DNA of 64,000 nucleotides from Corallochytrium limacisporum Hawaii. Its lineage: Eukaryota > Protista > Pluriformea. A program made the translations under genes and the position numbers. The notes beneath the pieces are model-generated. The model did no database searches, was not told the DNA's origin, and saw only the letters and a list, made by a program, of their open reading frames with translations. Shown in pieces: positions 19,852 to 29,647 of the stretch. The stretch spans positions 186,001 through 250,000 of the forward strand of contig PDIP01000021.1 in the NCBI GenBank assembly GCA_002811645.1, written 5' to 3'. Each line of letters opens with the position of its first letter. Position 1 is the first letter of the stretch.

Positions 19852-21878
19852 TGTTGTGTGTTTTCCACTGGAGAAGAGCACTTTCCTGGCTCTGACGCAA
19901 CCAAAATGACTATTTCATGAATTCATTTCCTACATGGTTGCCTCCTACATTGGCAGCAGAATGATTTTCCTCCCTGTAAAGGATCCCAGTTCTCGGGTAC
20001 TCTGTTTCAAAAACACCGGTCCTCACCGGCAGATCTGTTTAAATACGTGAGACCAATATCCCAAAGATACAGTGAGAACGAATGGTGCTTAGCCCCTCGT
20101 ATTGCATGTATCAAAACATACTCACGACATTATGACCTTGCACATGTTTCATAACTGTGGCTCAAATGTGTGTCCTGACTGAATCTTACAGAGTGGAGAC
20201 ATCCATTCCTCCTGTCTTAGGGTGCCGCGTTTCCCCCTTCGGTTCCGTCCCCGGATCGAGCCCGCACTGCGCACGGGTGTTCGCTCGCTTCTGTCAAGAA
20301 CCACGAAATTTGCATAAGAAACGTCATACTAAAGATACCGCGGTGGGGGAGAACAACGCAATTGGTGCACCCGGCCTAGTCCATCTTAAATATTTCAATT
20401 GGCCAAGTTGCCATGGGAGACGTTAGTACTTTCACTATGGGGAATGGGTACCGACTTCTAACGGGCAAAGGCCAGCAACAGCCACTCTTGCAGCGAAAAG
20501 CCCAGTAGTACAGTAATGCTGCTTTTGGACATGGTGAACTATGTTAGTATTAGGTACATCAATTCGGCGGAATATATTACTTGTGAAGCTAGAGAATCTT
20601 GTGTGTGCCAACAGAGACGAACATCTCCATGTACTCTCCGCCGTGGACCTTGTGTGATCAAACCCATGGCGCATAAGTGACTGGATATTAATGCAAAGGA
20701 CCCAAGCTTTAGCAAACTAGGTACTGTTAGTCCTTGCATGTCAAGTCAGCTAGGTGGTACTCATGGTTGAGTCGGCTGCAATCATCATCTCTCCGCGATA
20801 AGATGAACTACATCTGCCGGGGAAATCTCTTTAGCAGGCTCAGTGGGAAGTCCGTAGCTCTGGTTTCCCCTGCCTCTGTCAAATTTGATATACCCACATA
20901 TTTGAAATACATCAAATCCTAATCAATTATCCACCGATTTCCAAGTTCCCTTGGCTCGGGCAGCTACCAGTGAGGCGGCTTTTTCCGCCTTGCTCCGCTT
21001 TTGTTGTTCGGTCCGACATCTACATGCACCGGCAGGGAAGGTCTAGATGGACCGCCGGCTGGTTACACGGTCTACTGACCACGTTCCTGATTAGAGATCA
21101 TGGTGCATGCCGCCGCTAGTGGAATATATCAGCACGCATGTTTGGTGAAGCGGCACGAGCACAGAAATAAAAGCACATGGGTGAACATGGCTAAGATCTT
21201 GGTGCTATGTTGCTACCAGCGTGTGGACGTTTTGCAAAGTACTGCGCAGACCTTTCGGAACTCGCCTCGTCACTAGCTCCCACCAAGCCATGGGGTCCAT
21301 CGCAGGGCCATAGGAAGAATGGCTGCATGGACCACGCACTCCACCCGAAACTTCCCCTCCGCTTCATTCCCATTGATACTCTTTTTGCTGACGCAGATGC
21401 CAGTTTGTATCGCAAATGTACCGCAGTGAGGGAAAACAAACCTTGGACGAGCAGGAATTTCTCGGAACCGACAGAAGGTCGCGGGAGAGGGAAGGGAAGG
21501 CGAAGAGCAAAAAATAGAGCGAGGGACCCCCACCGAAGGTAGAACCTCGTCAAAAACAAAAGAGGTCAGGCGGCGTCGGTAAGCTCGGTTCCCCTAACCG
21601 CTGTTCCGTGCCAGCCGTTCAACTCTTTGGTGTGCAACAGGGACAGAGGGGCCAGATGCTGTGGCAGCCAGAGGAGAGGTACCCACTCACAACGGAACAA
21701 GAGTGGAGAACTGGGGGAAGAACAGGCGTGGCTGTCCACCGTGCTAGACTGTTTCGAAGCAGTAAACAATAGCCATGGTGGTATTTGGTAGCAACGCCAC
21801 TGTCACCTATGCATCACGTGTTCTACCTCACTAGCTGTGATTTTGGAATCGCGTTGGATTGGCTCGTAATTTGCCACC

Positions 21879-23546
21879 ATGTCACCAGCCGCAAAGAAGC
21901 AGAAGACCGAGAATGGTCATGGTACGTTCGTGCCCCCAGAGGGTGCAGAAAAGCTCACAATTTTCGACACCTCTCTCCGAGATGGAGAACAGAGCCCTGG
22001 CGTTTCTTTGAACGTGATCGAAAAGGTTGAAATTGCAAAGACTCTCTCTAGGTTGGGTGTCGACGTTTGTGAAGCAGGGTTCCCCATTGCCTCCGATGGG
22101 GACTTTGAGGCTGTGCACGAGATTGCTCGCATTGTTGGACCTATGACCGACGGCAGAAAGGAGGGAACGCCTATGAGGATTTGCGGCCTGGCTCGCGCGA
22201 AGGAAGCCGATGTGCGGCGCTGCGCTGAAGCCATCGCCCCAGCTCCCCGCCGTCGCATCCATACCTTCCTTGCCACGTCGGACATCCATCTGAAGTACAA
22301 GCTGAAAATTTCTCGCGAGGAGTGCATCAAGCAGGCAAGTGAAATGGTTGCCCTGGCCAAATCTCTGTGCGATGATGTTGAGTTCAGTCCGGAGGACGCT
22401 GGACGTAGTGATAGGGACTTCATGTGTCAGGTTCTCAGCGCAGTCATCGAAGCAGGTGCCAGCACCCTGAACATCCCAGACACAGTGGGCTACAATCTTC
22501 CCTCTGACTACGCAGAGACCATTTCCTATTTGCGAACTAACACAAAGGGTGGTGACAAGGTTACTTGGTCGACGCATTGCCACAATGATTTGGGCTTAGC
22601 AACTGCCAACACGATCGCCGGAGTCCAGGCAGGAGCTCGTCAGGTTGAAGTCACCATAAATGGAATTGGTGAACGTGCAGGCAATACGTCTCTCGAAGAG
22701 GTAGTGATGGCAATTGCTACGCATCAAAAACGCATGCCCGTGTACACGACCATTGATTCACGGCAGCTGCTCAAGACTTCTCGCCTTATCCGGTCCCTCA
22801 CGGGAATGTCGGTACAGCCTAACAAGGCCATTGTTGGTGACAATGCATTTGCCCACGAGGCAGGTATTCATCAGGACGGTATGCTGAAGAATCGGGAAAC
22901 CTATGAGATCATGCACCCCGAGCATGTTGGCTGGACAAAAACGAACTTAGTCATGGGTAAACACAGTGGTAAGCATGCCCTAAAGGATCGTGTTGAAGAA
23001 TTGGGCTACACTGACGTTACTCCTGAGCGTTTGAATGAACTCTTTGTCAAGTTCAAGGCTCTGGCTGATGCGAAGAAGAGTGTCACTGACTTTGACCTGC
23101 ACGCTCTAATGAAGGATGAAATGAGCAAACCTCCTGAGCACTTCAAGGTCCTTGGAGTACAGGTCAGCACCGGAGACAAGATGCCTTCCACAGCAACTGT
23201 CTCGATCATGACTCCTCAGGGAGAGGAACGTACCGAGGCCTTGCTTGGCCGTGGTCCTGTAGATGCCATTTACAAGACCATCGACAAGATCTGTCAAATG
23301 GACGTCCAGCTCGCTGATTGGAGGATTCATGCAGCCACTGGGGGTGAAGATGCCCTCGGCGAGGTGAGCGTGAAGATCCGTGAGACCAAGGGAGAGCACC
23401 GCACATTCAGTGCTGTGGGTGCCCACAATGACGTCCTTCTGGCGGCTGCATATGCCTACGTGAACGCCATGAACAAATACTACGAGCTCACTTCCAGCGA
23501 CAAAGGAGGCGAGAAGCGCGACAGCATCGAAATCTCTGCCATTTAA
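21879..23546 (+). CDS. leuA: 2-isopropylmalate synthase (bacterial/plant LeuA type) with C-terminal regulatory domain
   Basis: GCCACCATG start. Motifs IFDTSLRDGEQSPG, EAGFP, EFSPEDAGR, NIPDTVG, HCHNDLG, NGIGERAGN, HEAGIHQDG, GKHSG and GRGPVDA. Confidence 0.96.
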   Translation: MSPAAKKQKTENGHGTFVPPEGAEKLTIFDTSLRDGEQSPGVSLNVIEKVEIAKTLSRLGVDVCEAGFPIASDGDFEAVHEIARIVGPMTDGRKEGTPMRICGLARAKEADVRRCAEAIAPAPRRRIHTFLATSDIHLKYKLKISREECIKQASEMVALAKSLCDDVEFSPEDAGRSDRDFMCQVLSAVIEAGASTLNIPDTVGYNLPSDYAETISYLRTNTKGGDKVTWSTHCHNDLGLATANTIAGVQAGARQVEVTINGIGERAGNTSLEEVVMAIATHQKRMPVYTTIDSRQLLKTSRLIRSLTGMSVQPNKAIVGDNAFAHEAGIHQDGMLKNRETYEIMHPEHVGWTKTNLVMGKHSGKHALKDRVEELGYTDVTPERLNELFVKFKALADAKKSVTDFDLHALMKDEMSKPPEHFKVLGVQVSTGDKMPSTATVSIMTPQGEERTEALLGRGPVDAIYKTIDKICQMDVQLADWRIHAATGGEDALGEVSVKIRETKGEHRTFSAVGAHNDVLLAAAYAYVNAMNKYYELTSSDKGGEKRDSIEISAI

Positions 23547-23652
23547 CTACCACATTGGCATCAGTTCCTAATCATAACAATCACTTAAACTATATATATA
23601 TCAAGAGATGTTTTTAATAACCGGCAAATATTGACCGCGCAGCGTCATACCT

Positions 23653-24393
23653 TTAGGCGCTCTTCTTTGCAGCAACCTTTGGAGCAGGCCAAATCTGGTA
23701 CCAGCCGATGATAGAGGTGATCACACCAATAAGACCGACACGACCGGAAGTGAAGCTGACGTACTGCAAAGTAGTTAGCGGGATGCCGAGGTCCAGGACG
23801 TTCTTCACCAGATCGAGGATTTCTTTGAACTGGACATCTCGGTAGTGAGCCAAATTCTTGTTGTACGTGTCCAGTTCCTCCTGAGTGCTCGGGCGGTTGC
23901 CCTGGAGCAGTGCAGTAAGCTTCTCCTGGTTGAGGTGCATAATGTGCAGGTTCTTGAAGATGCCGCACAACAAACCGAAGACCCAAGCGTAGCTGGATTT
24001 CTTGGCTGCATCAGCTGCGTCTCCCTTGTACAGGCCCACCTTCGTGGCCCAAAGGATATGGTCATAGATCAACCAGATACCCATGCCGACGGAATTGCCC
24101 TGCTTGAGGGCGCGGAGCATGGGATCCCCATCATTTGCTTTAGCACAGCTGACGGCGAAATCAATCGGCTTACCGATGCGGAAGAGACGGCGACTCAGCT
24201 GAACAGCCTCACTGAGCTTCTTCATGCGTTGGATAGTGTCCTTGCTCTCTGGGCTGTACTGTTCCATGTAGTACGCAATCGCCTTGGCACCGAAAGTCAC
24301 CAGACGATAGGCTTTGTCACGCCCAGCTGTCTTATTGTTGTTATCGATGATTTGCTGAATAAGCACCATCGGGTCCTGAGCAGGGGCAGACAT
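23653..24393 (-). CDS. PEX11: Peroxisomal biogenesis factor PEX11
   Basis: Likely ATG at 24393 (GCCAACATG). Motifs GRDKAYRL, LSRRLFRIGK, DHILWATKVG and GLIGVITSIIG; C-terminal KKSA dilysine-like tail. Confidence 0.9.
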   Translation of the reverse strand: MSAPAQDPMVLIQQIIDNNNKTAGRDKAYRLVTFGAKAIAYYMEQYSPESKDTIQRMKKLSEAVQLSRRLFRIGKPIDFAVSCAKANDGDPMLRALKQGNSVGMGIWLIYDHILWATKVGLYKGDAADAAKKSSYAWVFGLLCGIFKNLHIMHLNQEKLTALLQGNRPSTQEELDTYNKNLAHYRDVQFKEILDLVKNVLDLGIPLTTLQYVSFTSGRVGLIGVITSIIGWYQIWPAPKVAAKKSA

Positions 24394-25145
24394 GTTGGCA
24401 AACGCGGTTCTGACCTTTCTTATCCTGGGTTTCACTGTAGTGTAAACCTCTCACATCGCATATACATACAATTCGTTATTGGCCAGAGGAGTCTCTTACA
24501 CCTTGATTGAAACACAGAAAGTCTTCTAGGCTTCAGACAACCCAGTGCGGATGTATTCAGCACCTGCGTGGCCACGAACGACAGCCACACCAAAAGGTCA
24601 CCCCAGAGATCACCGCACAGAAGCCGAGAGACGAGCTATGCACAGTAAGCTGACTATACAGATAGCTAATCAGCCGCAGTGGCCGGATGCTAAAAATAAA
24701 CCCTCCCCTTTGTTTCTCTATAGAGAAATCAGCACTCTTTGGGGTCCCGTTTCTCACCCCGACCGGTCAGCATCCCACCACCTATCGCCGCAGCACTCCT
24801 TCGGTCCTGGAGAGCCAGGCAAATTGCCAAAAATCAATTTACCGTTCGCCCACTATTAAATATTGATCAACAGCTGGACAGCTCAGAGCATGAGAACTTG
24901 TAGGGACCGGAGAACCTGGCTGAGAATTTGTTTTGCCTCCCTCATCTTGAAATCAGCAAACGGTCCGGTCGGATTCATGACTAACAGGAAGTTTGAGTTC
25001 AGTGTTTTTTCTAGTAGAGATCCCAACGTTTTCATTTGAGTTAAGAATATTTTGGTATTTGACACTATGGTACATGGCCACAAGATGGTGACGACAAATG
25101 ACTAGCGAGTTAGATTGAAGATTACTCTCGCACAATCAGGTCACA

Positions 25146-26306
25146 ATGTTGGGGGTGAGACAGAGGTTATCGGGCGCACTCAAAACGCTGGCCCTATCAG
25201 AGCGTCAAGGGATGATGCATCAGATGCGGTGCGCCCTGACCTACTCCACGATGCGCAGCATTGTTCTTCCAGAAAAGGGAGTGCCTGCATCAGGATACCA
25301 AATTGATGAAAACTACAAAATGCCGACCTTGGGAGCCAAGGATCTCCTAGTAAAGGTTCAAGCGTGTGGAATATGTCACCGGGATGTATTAGATCGCATG
25401 GGTGCCTTTCCATTCTTGCGTACCCCCGTGATTCCTGGACATGAGATTGCTGGTACAGTGAAAGAGATCGGACCCAGCGTGACTGATTTCAAAGAAGGAG
25501 ATCATGTGGTGTCGCTGCACTGGGCTGCGTGCGGGGAGTGCAGGGGCTGTATTGAAAAGGGTAGTACTGCCTGTGAGAGGGCCAGCAGCACCTTTCTTGG
25601 CATCACTGCTGATGGTGGATACGCTGAGTACTGCAGTCTCGGTCAGGCGGGGTGGGTCAAGGTTCCGGATGATGCACCCTTCACTTCTACGGAAGCGGCG
25701 ACGATTCAGTGCACCTTCGGAACCGTATGGAGCGCTGCCTTTGTTAAGGGCGCTCTTAAGCGGGGAGAAACAATCCTCGTCTCTGGCGCCTCCGGTGGTG
25801 TGGGAACGGCTGCGGTCCAGATGGCCAAAGCGTATGGATGCAGGGTTGTGGCTACATCAACATCAGAATCCAAGACAGACTACCTACGAGAGCTCGGAGC
25901 AGATCTGGTCGTGGTAGAGCCATCGGGCAACTTCCACAAGCGGCCTGAGATCAAGGAGGCAGCGGTGGACATGGCATTCGATGCAGTTGGAGGTCCCACG
26001 TTTGGAGCCTGCCTTCGGTCTGTGCGAAAAGGTGGTCGGGTAGTCTTGATTGGTAATGTAACTGTTGGCGAGGCGACAATCAAGCTGGGATATATCATCC
26101 TGAACCGCATTACGATAATGGGCAGTGACAGTTGCACTCGTGGGGAGCTTGAAGATTGCATGGAATTCATGATTAAGCATAACATCAAGCCAAAACCTGG
26201 AAAGACATATCCCCTTAATGAAGTCACAACGGCACATGAAGAGCTAGAGAGTAAACGGAGCACTGGCAGATTGGTGCTCCAGGTTGATCCTGAAGCAAAA
26301 TGGTAG
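25146..26306 (+). CDS. Zinc-dependent medium-chain dehydrogenase/reductase with a probable mitochondrial presequence
   Basis: CGICHRD, PGHEIAG, structural Zn site CGECRGC...C, GASGGVG nucleotide-binding motif. The N-terminus is Arg-rich and poor in acidic residues. Confidence 0.9.
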   Translation: MLGVRQRLSGALKTLALSERQGMMHQMRCALTYSTMRSIVLPEKGVPASGYQIDENYKMPTLGAKDLLVKVQACGICHRDVLDRMGAFPFLRTPVIPGHEIAGTVKEIGPSVTDFKEGDHVVSLHWAACGECRGCIEKGSTACERASSTFLGITADGGYAEYCSLGQAGWVKVPDDAPFTSTEAATIQCTFGTVWSAAFVKGALKRGETILVSGASGGVGTAAVQMAKAYGCRVVATSTSESKTDYLRELGADLVVVEPSGNFHKRPEIKEAAVDMAFDAVGGPTFGACLRSVRKGGRVVLIGNVTVGEATIKLGYIILNRITIMGSDSCTRGELEDCMEFMIKHNIKPKPGKTYPLNEVTTAHEELESKRSTGRLVLQVDPEAKW

Positions 26307-26525
26307 AGACAACACTTAAGGTCGAGCGAGCGAGTGGAGCACCAGCGGGCTGGTGCATCAGGGTGATCCTACAGCGAGTAGGAGTAACAAACACATTATT
26401 ACATACAAAATTCAGAGCGCAATTAGTTCCAGAATCCGAGAGAGAATTTATGTAAGAAACCAAATTGGAGAGAGAAAAGTGGTGAGAGAGAGAGTTGTCA
26501 TTGGGACTGAATCGGTTCTATCATT

Positions 26526-26702
26526 TTAGCAGGTGCAGCCCTTCTCGCACTCACCGTTGCACTTTTCGCAGACGTTAGGATCGCAGCTGCAGATGGCCTT
26601 GCACTTGTCGCATCCGGTACAGCTGCAGGCCTGTCCCTTACCGCATCCGCAGCCAGGGGCTCCGCACGTGCACTTTCCGTCGATTTCACACTTGCAAGCC
26701 AT
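26526..26702 (-). CDS. Metallothionein (58 aa, 17 Cys)
   Basis: Manual translation: MACKCEIDGKCTCGAPGCGCGKGQACSCTGCDKCKAICSCDPNVCEKCNGECEKGCTC*. CxC and CxxC motifs, no aromatic residues, AAAATGG start context. It is below the 60-aa cutoff of the ORF track. Confidence 0.93.
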   Translation of the reverse strand: MACKCEIDGKCTCGAPGCGCGKGQACSCTGCDKCKAICSCDPNVCEKCNGECEKGCTC

Positions 26703-26775
26703 TTTGATTCGTTTGCATAAAGAATATCCTTTAAAACTAATATAGAGTCTAATTTACTAAACGAATTTCAATACC

Positions 26776-26781
26776 TTTATA
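26776..26781 (-). promoter_or_regulatory. TATA box of the metallothionein gene
   Basis: TATAAA on the minus strand, about 74 nt upstream of the ATG at 26702. Confidence 0.6.
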
Positions 26782-28667
26782 GCATAATTTATCTACCTCG
26801 ACTAGGCCGAGCGTCTGGGCTGGGCAGCTGTCAGCGTGAGGCGCGGCCAGCCCATCCGGTCCATACCCTTTGAAACAAGCCCGAAACGACCTCCACTGGG
26901 ACTCGGGACCAAGTAATGAGGCTGAATGACTTGTCGTGCTACCCTTGGCCACGTTGCGACTATTCGTTTACGTTGATCGAGCGGCTCCACTCGAATGCAC
27001 GCCGTAACCGTGCGGGATGAAAAAAAGTTCGGGTATCCCAGTCCCCAACCTGAGGGGTCGTGGGATGTAGTAGGAGTATACCAGTGTCTACATGCCCCCG
27101 GATACGTGGGGATGATGTGTTCTCTCTATGACATTATCGCGTATTCCATTTACAATGTATCCTTAGTGTCGTCTTTGCAGAGAACCAAGAGATCCGTAAG
27201 ACACAACGTCATACATTGGCTAGCTGCAATCATTGCACAGCACATACTGAAACCTTGACCGCCACTCCAATTTTCTCTGCATTCCTGTGAGTTTTCTGGA
27301 CCATAACTGTCACATCACACTCATCAGTTGGAGTGATAAGAATACGATTAGCCGTAATAGCAGCAGCGTGCATTGCGGATATGCGTATGTCCGTTAAAAA
27401 AAAAGTATGTTTCCGAACACCGCGGTCCCACCCGAGACGCTCGCTGTCTCTGAACACTCATCTACAGGGGAACGGCTGCACCTAACCCAATTCCAGATAC
27501 ATCGGTGGGCGGTCCTTGACTCAGATTTGCGTATGTAATGTACTCATTTGCAGGGTCTAAAACTCGCAAATGCTCACACGTACCCAGCCGCCCAAACCCC
27601 ACCCACAATGGTGGGGAAAGGTATGCTGATTGTCCTTCGTGTCCGTGCCTCCCCTTTCCCAGCACTGACCTGCTTGCAGCACGTAAAACTGACGAGAAGC
27701 TCAATATATAACGTAATTGATCGCGCATCTAAAGGATTCGTGTCTGTCCTTCGGAACCAAGCATCGCGTCAGCCACACAGCCCGTGCCAGTGGTGGAAAC
27801 TACTAGCGGGTCTTCCCGATGCAAGGTAGTCTTTCGCTCGCGGAAAACAGCCACTATGATATCCACTGAATGGGGGAGAGATTACGAGGCATCCCAAAGG
27901 GCTGGCAGTGAAATTGCAGGACCACGACCGTTGAGATTTCTCGGTATAGGCGTACACCACAACCAGCCAGTGACAGTGTCGAAATCAGGATGGGTGAGAA
28001 GAAAGCGGGACTCCACTGTGTTTAATATGAGTGACCCAACCCTTCCTGGCCCGTGTCCTGTCTGGTTGTGAGTGCGGAGTGGCACTATTAGATTTTTTTT
28101 TTTTTTTGCTTCCTCAGTTGTTTGATTCGGGCGAAAGAGGGAGCGAAAATAGATATAGACTCTGTGGTCGGGGGAGGAGGGCGGGGTGGACCCCGAGGCC
28201 CGTTGAAGGATATTTAAAAACTAATTATGGTCCCTTCTGAAGCTGTAAATATATGAATTTGTGGTCATCTGTTATTTTTTAAATTGAGTGGAGGGCCAAA
28301 GACTGCTGGGAGAGGTGGTTGCGCTTTTGAGTTGCTCCGACTTCTCTGGCTGGTCAACCGCTACTTGGAAATTTACCCGGTGCCTCTCCTCGTACCAAAA
28401 CACTTCAAAACGTTTACACCGAATGCCGAGAAAAGCACCGCTCCCGGGCGATATCCCTGCCCTACCCTCTCCCTCCCTTTCCCTATTCCTCCGGTCCGAG
28501 AGGCCCGTGGCGGTTTGCTATCGAATTTTTGGAACCGCAGATGGTTTTGTTGGGTCTCGCGTCTGAAGTAGTTTTGGTATCCCCGAAGCAATTGTGGAAA
28601 ATCTACAGCTGGCCAAAACCTAGATCGATCAGTGTTAAACCGGTACCATGTCCATCGCGGGCGAAAG

Positions 28668-29025
28668 GCAGAATTCTTCGTCGGTCTCTGGCGAAGACTG
28701 GTGCTGTTGGACAGCCTCTGGTAGTGGAGTGTACCAGAGGGAGGGCGAAAGACTGAAGTGCGCGGGATCGCTGCCACTTTCGCCGCGAGCGTCCACCTGC
28801 AAGCGGAGACGACAGCAACGAGCACGGACAGCCATAACGGGAGGCTGCTCACATTGAATTCTCCTCATTCAACGAGCGATGATGCTGTCCGAAGGATGTT
28901 GTTGCCTTGGGTGCTGAGGGCGCGACGGAACTCTGCGAGTAATGGATGCGATGTTCGTATGAACGCTGCGGGTTGTAATAACATGCTGTGGGCTCTGTAC
29001 GGAGGGAATACCTAGGGAATTCTGC
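28668..29025. ncRNA. Candidate structured non-coding RNA (unidentified)
   Basis: Several nested complementary helices found by eye (see findings). No convincing ORF and no known RNA family recognised. Confidence 0.25.
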
Positions 29026-29647
29026 GCTGCCAGTCTGCTGTACAAAACGGATTCCATTCATAGACCAAACAGGGTAGAAGGTATGGTCAATACCGCAAAT
29101 AATAGGACCAAAGGGCCGCACAAGGCCATGATGATGTCTATAAAGGATGCTGGTGAACAATTCAACTTAGTGCGACTTTGGTGGAGTATATCATAATGGT
29201 TTGGGTGGGGATGATCTCCGTTCTATCTGAATGTATCAAAACGATCTCGTACAAGGATGCCCCGAGAGATGCATGCAAGGAAACTGGCTGTGCCATGGTA
29301 TCGAACAACACAATGGCAGTCAGGACCATTCATATTGTGAGGCGGTGAGCAAAAACCTGAACCCTTAATTAATTTCTCTTGGTCCTCGAAATATTGATTT
29401 TCTTTTGTTTTCTGGCCGCGAATTCTCAGTGCGGCGTTGGTGTCGTTGGGACTCCCGCTTGCTTCGTCGTCGCTTCCAGTACATAGCGCAGCCTGGAAGG
29501 TGTTTTAACTGCCACACTGTACAGCAGGAACCTTGTAATTTCTCGCTTCCAGTAGTGAATGACTCTTTTAATCTACACCGTTCAATTTCTGGGATCGTCG
29601 CCATGGGAGATCGGGTGATGACTTCATGACAACAGTCCGGGCAGAGA

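Noticed and set aside
21882-24510. Long antisense ORFs over leuA and PEX11 (similar ones over TIM44, RapGAP and bHLH-PAS)
   Set aside because: These are shadow ORFs produced by codon bias of the sense genes.
28373-28852. 159-aa minus-strand ORF with a signal-peptide-like start
   Set aside because: It has a non-ATG start, Arg/Ser/Pro-rich composition typical of non-coding GC-rich frames, and no family motif.
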